64,000 nt of DNA from Minisyncoccota bacterium (GTDB lineage Bacteria; Patescibacteriota; Minisyncoccia; Phycocordibacterales; SBAW01): positions 115,741-179,740 of the forward strand of contig DASZSF010000005.1 in assembly GCA_035548815.1 (NCBI GenBank), in the 5' to 3' direction. This document shows positions 1-9,886 of this stretch, in pieces. The notes under the pieces are model-generated. The model was given only the letters and a program-made list of their open reading frames with translations. It did no database searches and had not been told where the DNA came from. Each line of letters begins with the position of its first letter. The stretch's first letter is position 1. The position numbers and the translations under genes were made by a program.

Positions 1-913
1 TGCCGACATCGTCGTCATGGCAGGCTATGGACAGTCGGCCGTCGCATTCCTCAACAACTTGGTGGAAGCAGTCAACAAAGCGATTCCGACACAAGATGTG
101 AGTGCCTCTGAAATCTCCGCATCTCAAACATCAATTGGTTCTGCGCGTAGTGAAGTAGTGTCTGCGCTCTCGAGCTTGGCAACTGCAAAGACCTCGTACG
201 ACAATGCAGTTGCGAGCGCAGCGACGGCAAGCAATACGGCAGGGCAAGGCACGACCAACAGCATCAGTGCCGCACAGGCTCAAGTAACGCAGGCGCAAGG
301 CGCGCTTGACGCAGCACGTTCGGCGCTTGAAAAAACGATCATCCGTTCGCCGATTTCGGGCACTATTGTGAGCCTCCCTATCACGCGCGGGGGCTACATC
401 ATGGCTGGCACGCAGGTCGCTGTTGTTTCAAACCCGAGTGCGCTCCAGGTTGAAGCCTACGTCACGCCAAGCGATGCAAAGACCATTGCCGTTGGCGGCG
501 CGGCAGTGATAGGGCAGGGCACAAAAGGTGTCATCGTATCTATCGCGCCAGCGCTTGACCCGACTATTGGTAAAATTTTGATCAAGATCGGTATCCCTGG
601 CAGTCAGGCATCGCTCACTGATGGCGATACGTTGTCTGTAATGCTGACGCGCGCAAATCCGGCACAAGTTAAAAAGACCGATGCACCTGCGGGGGCAATT
701 CTCATCCCTATTGTTGCGGCAAAAATAACGCCGCAAGGCCCTGTTGTCTTCCAAGTTACGGCGTCATCAACGTTGCAAAGCATCCCTGTGACTCTGGGCA
801 CTATTTTGGGCGAGCAGGTCACGGTCTCAAGCGGGCTCGCGCCAGAGATGGTGATAGTAGATGATGCTCGCGGACTTTCAGATGGCGAAACAGTCGTTGT
901 CGACTCGCAATAA
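1..913 (+). CDS. RND efflux periplasmic adaptor subunit (HlyD/MFP family), 5'-truncated by window edge
   Basis: ORF 17..913 continues upstream of window; C-terminal beta-barrel/MP-proximal motifs (IIRSPISGTIVSL...GTQVAVVSNPSALQVEAYV) typical of membrane-fusion proteins; sits directly upstream of an RND pump. Confidence 0.75.
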   Translation, partial: ADIVVMAGYGQSAVAFLNNLVEAVNKAIPTQDVSASEISASQTSIGSARSEVVSALSSLATAKTSYDNAVASAATASNTAGQGTTNSISAAQAQVTQAQGALDAARSALEKTIIRSPISGTIVSLPITRGGYIMAGTQVAVVSNPSALQVEAYVTPSDAKTIAVGGAAVIGQGTKGVIVSIAPALDPTIGKILIKIGIPGSQASLTDGDTLSVMLTRANPAQVKKTDAPAGAILIPIVAAKITPQGPVVFQVTASSTLQSIPVTLGTILGEQVTVSSGLAPEMVIVDDARGLSDGETVVVDSQ

Positions 914-919
914 AATAGT

Positions 920-3900
920 ATGTTGTGGTTGTGGAACTTCTTCCTTGAACGTAAACAGTTCAGCTATGTGCTCATAGCGACGCTTGTTATCGCCGGTTTT
1001 TATGCGCTCGCAAAAATTCCAAAAGAAAATGCGCCGTCCATCATCATTCCAAACGGCATTGTAACCGCGGCACTTCCGGGCGCATCTGCTGAAGATATTG
1101 AGCGGCTTGTCACTAACAAGCTCGAAGACCAGATCTCGGGGCTTTCTAACCTAGACACAATTTCCTCAAACTCAAGCGATGGCGTCGCTGTAATAAACGT
1201 GCAGTTTAGCGCATCTGCTGATGTAACCCAGTCCATACAGGACTTGCGTGACGCTGTTGCTAAAGCCGTGCCGAACTTGCCGTCTGATGCGACAACGCCG
1301 CAGGTGAGCAAGGTAGACATTACCAATCAGCCCATTCTTGTTATTTCTATTTCTGGCGACCTGCCGCTGCCAGCATTTTCAGCACTTGGGACAGAAGTAT
1401 CCGATGAGTTGAAAGGCATTCCAGGAGTGTCTGAAGTTGATGTTGCTGGTGTGCCCGACCGCGAAGTTGATGTCATCGTCAGCAAAGAAAAACTCGAGCA
1501 GTACGGCTTGCGTTTGGTGGACATCATCGGCGCTATCTCTTCTGCAAACGCTGCGGCGCCTGCAGGCAGCATTTCGATAAACGGCGTTAACTATACGGTC
1601 AACTTTAAAGGCGGGATTGAAGATCCATCCGAGATCCAAAACATCGCGGTCGGCACCAAAACAGGCGTTCCCATTTATGTGCGTGATATTGCGGTTGTGT
1701 CCGACGGGTTAGCGCCTGCCCGAACATATTCGCGCCTTTCGCTTGCTGGAAAACCGAGCAATCAGGCAATGACGCTCATGGTCTTCAAACAATCTGGAGC
1801 AAGTGTGCAGGGAGTTGCGGATGCGTCAAAGAAAAAAATTGATGAGCTCAAAGCAACATCGCTCAAAGGGCTTGATGTGTTCATTTCGCCCTCAACAGAC
1901 CAGGGCGTGCAGGTTTCAAAACAATTAGGCGACTTGGCTGAAACAGGGCTTGAGACTGTCGTGCTCGTGCTCATTGTGTTGCTTGTAACTATCGGGTGGC
2001 GCGAGTCGGTCGTAGCCGGGCTCGCGATTCCGCTGTCGTTCCTCATCGCTTTCATCGGGCTCTACCTTACAGGCAATACGCTCAACTTTATCTCGCTCTT
2101 CGCGCTCATTTTGGCCGTGGGCATCTTGGTCGACTCAGGAATCGTTGTGACAGAGGCCATCCATGCGCGCCGGCCGCTTCATAAAGACTCTATGGATGCT
2201 GCACGCGCGGCGCTTCGCGACTACGCATGGCCGCTCATTGCAGGCACCATGGCAACAGTGGCTGTGTTCGCGCCGCTCTTCTTTATTTCCGGCATCGTCG
2301 GCAAATTCATTGCTGGCATTCCTTACACGCTCATCTTCGTGCTCTTGGCATCCATCTTCGTAGCGCTCGGCATTGTGCCAATAATCGCAGTGCTCTTTTC
2401 GTCGAGCCAGAAGCGAAATCGTCTGGAGGAAGCACAGGAACGATACACGGAAACTGCAACGCATTGGTACAAAGCAAAGCTGCGCACCATATTGGAAAGC
2501 GCTCGCGCACAGCGTCTCTTTTTGCGCGGCTTGGCTATCCTTTTCGTGCTTTCGCTCGCGCTGCCGTTTACGGGTCTTGTACAGACAACATTTTTCCCGC
2601 AGGATGACCAGGACTTCGTCTATATAAATATTCAAAAGCCGGAAGGCACGACGCTCTCACAGACAGACCTTGCGGTGCGTGAAGTTGAAGAGATCTTGTA
2701 CAAGAACCCTGACATCTCGTCGTTTGAAGCAACCGTAGGACAGAGCTCGGGGCTCACCGGTGCAGGCTCCTCGGGCAGCAATCAAGCGAACATTACCGTC
2801 AACCTGCCGCTTGGCCACAAAAAAACAAGCACTGAAATTTCAAATGAGCTGACAGGGCAGCTCGCGGTCGTGACCGATGCCACCGTGCAGGTGCTTCAGG
2901 CAAACAACGGTCCGTCGTCAGGCGCTCCAGTACAGATCCAGTTCAAGGGAGAAAATCTCGATGATTTAATAGTCGCGGCACAAGCAGGGAAGCGTATGCT
3001 TTCGACCATACCTCACGTGCAGAACATTACTGATACAACGCAGAACAACGGCACTGCGTTCGACCTGACAATAGACCGCGGCAAAGCAACAGCGCTTGGC
3101 CTTTCAACACAAATGGTCGCGCAGACATTGCGCGCGGCAATTCAAGGCACCAAGGCAACGAGCATTACACAGCCGCAAAAAGACATCGACGTCATTGTAA
3201 AGCTCAACCTGAACACTAACTACACCGACCCGTCGGACACATCCCGCACAACAATTGATGCAATAAAGAATCTTTCTATCCAAGGGAACAACGGCCCAGT
3301 GCTTTTGGGTTCTGTGTTGGCCGACACCTTGGGTCAAAGCAACGCAGCAATAGCACATAAAGATAAAGTCCGTATTGAAACAGTATCTGCATATCCTGAC
3401 GACAAGACGACAGCGACTGCGGTTGTTTCCGAATTCCAGAAACGAGAGAGCGAACTCAACCTTCCGCCGGGTGTTACTGTTTCGTACGGTGGTGAAACTG
3501 AAGACGTGAATCAGTCGTTCACCGAAATGTTCATCGCGCTCATTGCGGGGCTCGTGCTGATGTTCATGATTCTCATCATTTCGTTCAACTCTATCCGCCA
3601 CACGCTGCAGCTTTTGCTCATCGTACCGCTGTCGCTCATCGGCGTGCTTGATGGTTTGGCGCTCACCGGCCAGCCAGTGTCGTTTACTTCACTTCTTGGC
3701 ATCATCGCGCTTGGCGGCGTCATCATCAACCACGCCATCATCCTTATGGATTCGATGATCCATCAGTTGCATACGTACCCAGAGAAGTCCCTTGTCGATA
3801 TTGTCGTTGACTCATCCGCAACGCGTTTGCGCCCGATCGTGCTCACAACTATCACGACCGTTGTCGGTATGATTCCACTCGCGCTTTCAAACGCAACCTG

Positions 3901-4030
3901 GGGCCCGCTTGCGTATGCCGTCATGTTCGGCCTGGCCTTCGCTATCTGCCTGACGCTTGTGCTCGTGCCCGTACTCTTCTTCCGCTACTGGACCAACATC
4001 CGCGCGAAAAACGTGGCGGCTTCACGCTAG
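920..4030 (+). CDS. RND family efflux transporter permease (AcrB/HAE1-like), 1036 aa, 12 TM
   Basis: N-terminus FFLERKQFSYVLIATLVIAGFYAL..., two large periplasmic loops, paired TM bundles; length and motif layout typical of AcrB family; 7 nt after adaptor gene. Confidence 0.9.
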   Translation: MLWLWNFFLERKQFSYVLIATLVIAGFYALAKIPKENAPSIIIPNGIVTAALPGASAEDIERLVTNKLEDQISGLSNLDTISSNSSDGVAVINVQFSASADVTQSIQDLRDAVAKAVPNLPSDATTPQVSKVDITNQPILVISISGDLPLPAFSALGTEVSDELKGIPGVSEVDVAGVPDREVDVIVSKEKLEQYGLRLVDIIGAISSANAAAPAGSISINGVNYTVNFKGGIEDPSEIQNIAVGTKTGVPIYVRDIAVVSDGLAPARTYSRLSLAGKPSNQAMTLMVFKQSGASVQGVADASKKKIDELKATSLKGLDVFISPSTDQGVQVSKQLGDLAETGLETVVLVLIVLLVTIGWRESVVAGLAIPLSFLIAFIGLYLTGNTLNFISLFALILAVGILVDSGIVVTEAIHARRPLHKDSMDAARAALRDYAWPLIAGTMATVAVFAPLFFISGIVGKFIAGIPYTLIFVLLASIFVALGIVPIIAVLFSSSQKRNRLEEAQERYTETATHWYKAKLRTILESARAQRLFLRGLAILFVLSLALPFTGLVQTTFFPQDDQDFVYINIQKPEGTTLSQTDLAVREVEEILYKNPDISSFEATVGQSSGLTGAGSSGSNQANITVNLPLGHKKTSTEISNELTGQLAVVTDATVQVLQANNGPSSGAPVQIQFKGENLDDLIVAAQAGKRMLSTIPHVQNITDTTQNNGTAFDLTIDRGKATALGLSTQMVAQTLRAAIQGTKATSITQPQKDIDVIVKLNLNTNYTDPSDTSRTTIDAIKNLSIQGNNGPVLLGSVLADTLGQSNAAIAHKDKVRIETVSAYPDDKTTATAVVSEFQKRESELNLPPGVTVSYGGETEDVNQSFTEMFIALIAGLVLMFMILIISFNSIRHTLQLLLIVPLSLIGVLDGLALTGQPVSFTSLLGIIALGGVIINHAIILMDSMIHQLHTYPEKSLVDIVVDSSATRLRPIVLTTITTVVGMIPLALSNATWGPLAYAVMFGLAFAICLTLVLVPVLFFRYWTNIRAKNVAASR

Positions 4031-4072
4031 TGTTGATGACATTTGCGTGAAGGCTCCTATACTAGAAGCAGG

Positions 4073-4672
4073 ATGAATAAGCTACTTGGTATAGCATTAT
4101 TTTTTCTTGCACTTGTGAGTGTGCCTCATCTGTTGAGCGCTGATGATCCTATTCCCACTATTCCCAATGCCGGTACTATTACCGGAACACGTATTGCAAC
4201 GACAACTGCAGCAGTGCAGTCCAAAGCAGAAGTGAAAGCGCCACTTGTGCCGGTGCGCGTGCGCATTCCGGCAATTAAGCTCAACGATAGAATTGTCCCC
4301 GTTGGCAAGACAAAAGACGGCGCCATGGATGTGCCTTCGGGCAACACGAGCGATATTGGGTGGTACAAATATGGCACCACCCCGGGTGACGTGGGCAGTG
4401 CCGTATTTGATGCGCATGTCTTTGCCGCCTTGGCGAATCTCTACAAGCTCAAAGCCGGGGATGACATATACGTCATGATGTCCGACGGCACCGAGCGGCA
4501 CTTTGTCGTTGAGAAAAGTGTCGTCTACAAACTAGCCGACGTGCCTGCGGCAAAACTTTTTGCGCGCGATGACACAGAGCGTTTGAATTTGATTACCTGT
4601 GAGGGCAAGCTTACGCGCGATCATTCAACCTACGACCATCGTCGTGTGGTATACGCAACGCTCGTCCACTAA
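4073..4672 (+). CDS. sortase family transpeptidase
   Basis: N-terminal TM anchor MNKLLGIALFFLALVSV, catalytic-region motifs HV(F)... LNLITCEG ... R; C-terminal TLVH; class typical of small sortases. Confidence 0.8.
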   Translation: MNKLLGIALFFLALVSVPHLLSADDPIPTIPNAGTITGTRIATTTAAVQSKAEVKAPLVPVRVRIPAIKLNDRIVPVGKTKDGAMDVPSGNTSDIGWYKYGTTPGDVGSAVFDAHVFAALANLYKLKAGDDIYVMMSDGTERHFVVEKSVVYKLADVPAAKLFARDDTERLNLITCEGKLTRDHSTYDHRRVVYATLVH

Positions 4673-4929
4673 ACAGTTTTCTTTTGCCGTGCAAGATAGA
4701 GCGTTGCGGCGCCCGCAGCCAGTGCAGCAGCGCCAAGTGCGCTCCATGTTGCTAGTGCGTCACCACCAGCGCCCGTGTTCGGAACGCCTACCGTTGCACC
4801 GGTTGTATCAGTTGTGCTGGTAGTCGTGGTTGTTTGTGCGAGTGCAACACCCGAACCTGCTACAAGTAATGCGAGCGTTGCTGCGGCGCTTCCTGCAATT
4901 GCTTTGTAACGAATGTTTTGAAGAGTCAT
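4669..4929 (-). CDS. minimal sortase substrate: signal peptide + Thr-rich stretch + VPNTG sorting signal + hydrophobic tail + RQKK
   Basis: ATG at 4929 (MTLQNIRYKAIAGSAAATLALLVAGSGVALAQTTTTTSTTDTTGATVGVPNTGAGG...LYLARQKKTV); LPXTG-type tripartite sorting signal; convergent with sortase, stop codons overlap. Confidence 0.55.
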   Translation of the reverse strand: MTLQNIRYKAIAGSAAATLALLVAGSGVALAQTTTTTSTTDTTGATVGVPNTGAGGDALATWSALGAAALAAGAATLYLARQKKTV

Positions 4930-5067
4930 AGTGATATGTTCTAGCTCGTAAATGAACTCACGTAAGTATATGCACGCACTCCTGTAAGCAGGGTGAGGGA
5001 TGATTGACTCATCCAAAATTCTATTGTTGAGCTTGCTTCATCAAACCTACAGAATTATTATGTACGT

Positions 5068-5673
5068 ATGGATAATGACACGACAAAAAAAACTACTACT
5101 AAAAAAATGGAAGCGATTCCGTATTCTGCAATTGAAAGTGCCGTTGCAGAATTGCCGCCGCGCACCCGCACGCTGCGCTACATCGGTTCTGTAACGCGCA
5201 TGATGAACGAACGCGTGATTGGGCAGATCGAAAAAATGCTCGATAAAAACGCTGGCGAAGAGATCGCTTTGTTTATTACCTCGCCTGGGGGTGCCGCGGG
5301 CGTTGCCATGAGCTTTTATGACACCGTGCGGCACGTTTTAAAGCCAAGGCTCGTAACCATTGGCTCGGGCGAAGTCGACTCGTCAGGGATCATCGTTTTT
5401 TTGGCGGGGATGCGCCGTTTTGTTACGAAACGTACAACATTTTTGTTCCACCCCGCAGGCCGCATGTTTGGTAATCAGCGCTACACAACATCTGAAATGG
5501 CCGCAATGCTTGAAGAAGACCGCTTGAAAGATAAGCATTACGCGAGCGTTGTTGCGGAGAATTCAAAAGGAAAACTCACTGTCGAAGATGTACTCCTCAT
5601 GATGGAGCAACATACCGTTCTTTCTGCGGAAGATTTTGTTGCTGCGGGACTTGCTGATGACATCCTAGAATAG
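5068..5673 (+). CDS. ClpP-like serine peptidase (S14/ClpP-crotonase fold), non-canonical
   Basis: motifs ITSPGGAAG (cf. ClpP INSPGG), VDSSGIIVFLAG (Ser), LFHPAG (His) in ClpP order. Confidence 0.55.
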   Translation: MDNDTTKKTTTKKMEAIPYSAIESAVAELPPRTRTLRYIGSVTRMMNERVIGQIEKMLDKNAGEEIALFITSPGGAAGVAMSFYDTVRHVLKPRLVTIGSGEVDSSGIIVFLAGMRRFVTKRTTFLFHPAGRMFGNQRYTTSEMAAMLEEDRLKDKHYASVVAENSKGKLTVEDVLLMMEQHTVLSAEDFVAAGLADDILE

Positions 5674-5753
5674 TCGACTTAACTTTTCCTTAATGTGCAT
5701 GCCGCTACAGTATGCAGGTGGTCGATATTATTGAGCACCTAACGCAAACGTAT

Positions 5754-6005
5754 ATGGAAAACAACAATAATAATCGAAGTGGTCGCGGTTTTGCAGGTAT
5801 GGATCCGGACAAGCAGCGCGAAATTGCAAGCAAAGGCGGCAAAGCCGCACATGAAAAGGGCACAGCGCACGAGTTTGACTCGCAAGAGGCAGCAGAAGCG
5901 GGCGCAAAGGGAGGAAAAGCATCTCACTCAAACGATTCCAACCACAACGGTTCTAACCGTAACCAGGAACGCGACGAGGATGGACGCTTCATGGATGATG
6001 ATTAA
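5754..6005 (+). CDS. KGG-repeat general stress protein (YciG/Con-10 family)
   Basis: repeats SKGGKAAHEKG / GAKGGKASH, Asn/Asp-rich, no TM; start MENNNNN inside ORF 5712..6005. Confidence 0.6.
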   Translation: MENNNNNRSGRGFAGMDPDKQREIASKGGKAAHEKGTAHEFDSQEAAEAGAKGGKASHSNDSNHNGSNRNQERDEDGRFMDDD

Positions 6006-6081
6006 GACGTTTGAGATTAGGAAACCTGACACAAAACGCCCCATTCGGGGCGTTTTGTAGTATAGTTGATACGGTTTTTCT

Positions 6082-7206
6082 ATGGCAAAAAAAAGCACAA
6101 GCGTCCGCCTAATTGTTATCACGGGCTTAGTTGCGTGCGCTGCAGTCGTGTTGTGTGCTGGGCTTGTATATGCAGGCGGCTACAGCATATTGTTTGCTGT
6201 TCGCTATGGTGGTGCGGGCGATGCAGAAGCGTCGAGCACGCCAACGAACGTTGCTGTCGTGCCAACGCTCGACACGCATGCATATGATGTAAAACTTCTT
6301 CAGCTTGCACATGTCGCAACTTCGTCGCCGTGGTACGAATATTTTTTGACTGGTACTACGACTGCGACAACAACCCTAAAAAAATCTTTGTGGCCGGTTA
6401 AAACGACCTACCCAAACTACGGCGCACTGCTGCCGAACAACCGCATCGTCGCCTACTACGGCAACTTCTACTCCAAAGGCATGGGCGTCTTGGGCGAATA
6501 CCCAGAAGATGTGATGTTGCAGAAATTGAAAGACACGGTTGCGCAATGGCAAGCGGCTGACCCGTCGACTCCTGTTATTCCAGCCATCGACTACATCGAT
6601 GTTACAGCGCAGGGGAGTGCGGGGAAGGACGGCAAGTACCGTTTGCGCATGCCGGACTCACAAATTGATAAAGCGCTGGACCTTGCAAGCAAAGTAAATG
6701 GCATCGTGATTTTGGATATACAGGTGGGCTTGAGCAATTTGCAGTCCGAACTCCCACTTATTGAAAAATACTTGGCAATGCCGAATGTACATTTGGCTAT
6801 CGATCCTGAATTTGCCATGCACAATGACACGCCGCCGGGGCGTGTCATTGGCACGATGAGCTCGGCTGATGTGAACTACGCGGCGAACTTCTTGGCAGAT
6901 TTGGTGAAGAGAAATAATCTCCCGCCAAAGATACTCATCGTCCACCGCTTTACCGAAGAAATGGTAACAGGGTATCAAAACATCAAGCCGTTGTCTGAGG
7001 TACAGATCGTCATGGACATGGACGGCTGGGGCTTTGCCGCAAAGAAAATAAATACTTACAACTCTGTTGTGTATTCAGAGCCCGTGCAGTTTACAGGGTT
7101 CAAGCTCTTCTATAAGAACGACTTGAAGCCTCCAAGCACGGCGATGATGACACCCGAACAAGTGTTGAAGCTCACGCCAGCCCCATCGTTTATCCAATAT
7201 CAATAA
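6082..7206 (+). CDS. hypothetical membrane-anchored exported protein (possible TIM-barrel glycoside-hydrolase-like fold)
   Basis: N-terminal TM (LIVITGLVACAAVVLCAGLVYA), 374 aa, no confident family assignment. Confidence 0.5.
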   Translation: MAKKSTSVRLIVITGLVACAAVVLCAGLVYAGGYSILFAVRYGGAGDAEASSTPTNVAVVPTLDTHAYDVKLLQLAHVATSSPWYEYFLTGTTTATTTLKKSLWPVKTTYPNYGALLPNNRIVAYYGNFYSKGMGVLGEYPEDVMLQKLKDTVAQWQAADPSTPVIPAIDYIDVTAQGSAGKDGKYRLRMPDSQIDKALDLASKVNGIVILDIQVGLSNLQSELPLIEKYLAMPNVHLAIDPEFAMHNDTPPGRVIGTMSSADVNYAANFLADLVKRNNLPPKILIVHRFTEEMVTGYQNIKPLSEVQIVMDMDGWGFAAKKINTYNSVVYSEPVQFTGFKLFYKNDLKPPSTAMMTPEQVLKLTPAPSFIQYQ

Positions 7207-7210
7207 TCCT

Positions 7211-7825
7211 ATGACATACGACACGCTCGCATCTGATGATGCAATTGTAGCAACTATTTCTGCGCTCAAGGAGCGAGGAATCGAAGCTGAAGTAGTGAAT
7301 ACGAGAGGAGACGCGCTCGCGAAAGTGAAAGAACTTATCCCAGCCGGCGCATCTGTTAATAACGGCTCATCCACGACGCTCCAGGAGATAGGTTTGGTAG
7401 ATTATTTGAAGGGTGAAACCCCATGGGTGAACTTGCACGCCAAAGTGCTTGCCGAAAGTGATCCTGCCAAACAGAAGCAACTTCGCCAGGAAGCGTATTT
7501 CGCCGACTACTATTTAGGCAGCGTGCATGCGCTCGCGCAAACAGGGGAGATGGTCATCGCATCCAACACATCAAGCCAGCTTCCACCTCTGCTTACGACA
7601 TCGCAGAATGTTATTCTCGTCGTTAGCACACAAAAGATAATGCCAACACTTAATGAAGCGTTAGCGCGTTTGCGCGAATACGTGGTCCCGCTTGAGGACG
7701 CCCGCATGAAGTCGACAGGCGCCTCAGGTACGATTCTTTCCAAGATTGTTATCTTTGAAAAAGAACCGGCGTTCATGGGACGGAAAGTTTGCGTCATCTT
7801 TATAAAAGAAAAGCTCGGATTCTAA
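7211..7825 (+). CDS. LUD-domain protein (LutC/YkgG-like, DUF162)
   Basis: 204 aa; motifs LGSVHALAQTGEMVIASNTSSQ ... ILVVSTQKI typical of LUD domain. Confidence 0.55.
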   Translation: MTYDTLASDDAIVATISALKERGIEAEVVNTRGDALAKVKELIPAGASVNNGSSTTLQEIGLVDYLKGETPWVNLHAKVLAESDPAKQKQLRQEAYFADYYLGSVHALAQTGEMVIASNTSSQLPPLLTTSQNVILVVSTQKIMPTLNEALARLREYVVPLEDARMKSTGASGTILSKIVIFEKEPAFMGRKVCVIFIKEKLGF

Positions 7826-7869
7826 ACGTAAATTGACAAAAACGGCTCAATATATTATTATGTTGGGCA

Positions 7870-9150
7870 ATGGCGTATCACACCCATGCGCGCTCACATA
7901 CAGGGCGCAAGTTCGGAAAAAAGCCCGCACTGGGGCGTTTTTCTGCTACCCGCCCGCACGGAAGCGGTGGCCGTCCTTCGTTTAAGAAGCGCCCGTTTGG
8001 CGGCGGAAACAGGGGAGGCTCAAAAGGCGGATTCAAAGGAGGTTCCTTCTTTGACCTTTCGCAATTCATCAACAAAGCGGTCATCACTGAAGAAGTCGAG
8101 ACGTTTATCCCGGAACACAAGTTCAGCGACTTCCACATCGAGCCGCGTTTGAAAGAAGCGATTGCAGCGAAGGGCTACATCGCGCCGACTCCCATCCAAG
8201 ACCGCGCAATTCCGCACGTGCTCATAGGGCAGGATGTCGTAGGTATTGCAAACACTGGCACCGGCAAGACGGCAACCTTCCTCATCCCGCTCATCAATAA
8301 AATTTTGAAGAATAAAAACGAGCGCGTGCTCGTCATGGTGCCGACGCGCGAACTTGCGGTGCAAATCGGCGACGAGCTTCGCGGTTTTACGCCGGGGCTT
8401 GGCATCTATGCAGCAATCTGCGTGGGTGGTGCAGGCATTGGCCCGCAAATCGGCGCACTTCGCCGCCGCCCGCAGTTTGTTATCGGTACGCCGGGCCGCC
8501 TTAAAGACTTGATCGAGCGCAAAGCATTGAATCTTTCTACGTTTAACACTGCGGTGCTCGATGAGGCAGATCGCATGCTCGACATGGGCTTCATCAATGA
8601 CATGAAGACCATCCTTGCACTCTTGCCGACGCCGCGCCACACGCTCTTTTTCTCGGCAACGCTTTCGCGCGAAATTGAAGCGCTCATTGGCCAATTCTTG
8701 AAAGAGCCCGTCCGTATATCCGTCAAAACACGTGAGACGTCCGCTTCAATTGATCAGGACGTCGTTCGGGTGCCAAAGGGAGCTGACAAACTTAATGTAT
8801 TGCATGATTTGCTGATCACTCCTGAATTTGAAAAGGTGCTGATCTTCGGCCGCACCAAGCATGGGGTAGAGAAGCTTTCAAAAATCTTGAACCAGCGCGG
8901 CTTTAAGTCGGAATCCATTCATGGCAACAAAACACAGGGCGCCCGCCAGCGCGCACTCGACGCATTTAAGAAAGGCCATATGAATATTTTGGTTGCAACA
9001 GACGTTGCAGCGCGCGGTTTGGATATTTCAGGCGTCTCACACGTCATCAACTACGACCTTCCTGCATCGCGTGAAGACTATGTGCACCGCATCGGCCGTA
9101 CCGGCCGGGCAGGGAAGCGCGGAAAGGCTCTAACCTTTATCGAGGCTTAA
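7870..9150 (+). CDS. DEAD-box ATP-dependent RNA helicase with N-terminal Arg/Gly-rich tail
   Basis: Q-motif region GYIAPTPIQ, Walker A TGTGKTATF, DEAD (VLDEADRMLDMGF), SAT, HRIGRTGRAG. Confidence 0.92.
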   Translation: MAYHTHARSHTGRKFGKKPALGRFSATRPHGSGGRPSFKKRPFGGGNRGGSKGGFKGGSFFDLSQFINKAVITEEVETFIPEHKFSDFHIEPRLKEAIAAKGYIAPTPIQDRAIPHVLIGQDVVGIANTGTGKTATFLIPLINKILKNKNERVLVMVPTRELAVQIGDELRGFTPGLGIYAAICVGGAGIGPQIGALRRRPQFVIGTPGRLKDLIERKALNLSTFNTAVLDEADRMLDMGFINDMKTILALLPTPRHTLFFSATLSREIEALIGQFLKEPVRISVKTRETSASIDQDVVRVPKGADKLNVLHDLLITPEFEKVLIFGRTKHGVEKLSKILNQRGFKSESIHGNKTQGARQRALDAFKKGHMNILVATDVAARGLDISGVSHVINYDLPASREDYVHRIGRTGRAGKRGKALTFIEA

Positions 9151-9175
9151 GCCCTGGCCTTCATCGAAGCATAAT

Positions 9176-9454
9176 ATGAACAAGACAAAGAAGACAAAAT
9201 CAAGGGTCGCGCCAAAGAAGGCCGTGAAGGTGATTGTGAAGAAACCTAGTCTAGCCGAGGTGTCAACAACGCCCCGCCCAAACATGCAGCTTCAAGGTCC
9301 GCATAAAACCTTCCAGCAGGACGGCCACTGGATTGAAAAGCCAAACAAAACCGCCATTCTCATCTGCATCTGCGGCAACCGCTATTTGAAGACGCGTCCT
9401 AAACAAGAAAAATGTTTGCGCTGTGTCTCCGCAACGATGACGCTCCGCCGCTAA
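9176..9454 (+). CDS. hypothetical basic protein with C-terminal CxC...CxxC zinc-ribbon-like motif
   Basis: Lys-rich N-terminus, ICICGNRYLKTRPKQEKCLRCV; followed by terminator. Confidence 0.4.
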   Translation: MNKTKKTKSRVAPKKAVKVIVKKPSLAEVSTTPRPNMQLQGPHKTFQQDGHWIEKPNKTAILICICGNRYLKTRPKQEKCLRCVSATMTLRR

Positions 9455-9481
9455 AACTCCCCTACTCTCGGGGAGTTTTTC
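9455..9481 (+). terminator. rho-independent terminator
   Basis: AACTCCCC-TACTCTC-GGGGAGTT stem followed by TTTTT. Confidence 0.6.
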
Positions 9482-9556
9482 GTATCCACACATGTAGAAT
9501 CCTCGAGCTTGCATTATTATGCCCAGTACCTTAATATAAAAAGGTACTAGAAAACT

Positions 9557-9886
9557 ATGACTAACCAGAATGATTTCAGCGCATTGCGCAAAGGCCTGCT
9601 TGAGCTTGTGGTGCTTAAGGTTATTGCTGCACGCAAGTCGTATGCAGCGGAGATCTTGGCGAAGCTTTCCGGCACCGAATTTGCCACGCAGGAAGGCACG
9701 CTCTACCCCCTGCTTTCCAAACTCCGTCGCGACGGTGCTGTTGACTATGAATGGGTTGAATCAGAGCAAGGCCCGCCGCGAAAATATTATTTTCTGACCG
9801 CGAAGGGCAAAGACCGCAGCGACGAACTCGACACCTATTGGAACACATTACACAAAACAATTAATAATTTGAGCAAAAAATCATGA
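9557..9886 (+). CDS. PadR family transcriptional regulator
   Basis: winged-helix motif LELVVLKVI..SYAAEI...TQEGTLYPLLSKLRRDGAVDYEWVESEQGPPRKYYFLTAKG. Confidence 0.85.
   Translation: MTNQNDFSALRKGLLELVVLKVIAARKSYAAEILAKLSGTEFATQEGTLYPLLSKLRRDGAVDYEWVESEQGPPRKYYFLTAKGKDRSDELDTYWNTLHKTINNLSKKS

Noticed and set aside
2135-2635. 166-aa minus-strand ORF (and several others 1000-3741) inside the RND permease gene
   Set aside because: Antisense to a strongly supported 1036-aa coding sequence; Cys/Arg-rich composition typical of non-coding frames.
8020-8694. 224-aa minus-strand ORF within the DEAD-box helicase gene
   Set aside because: Antisense to conserved helicase motifs; Arg/Cys-rich non-coding frame.
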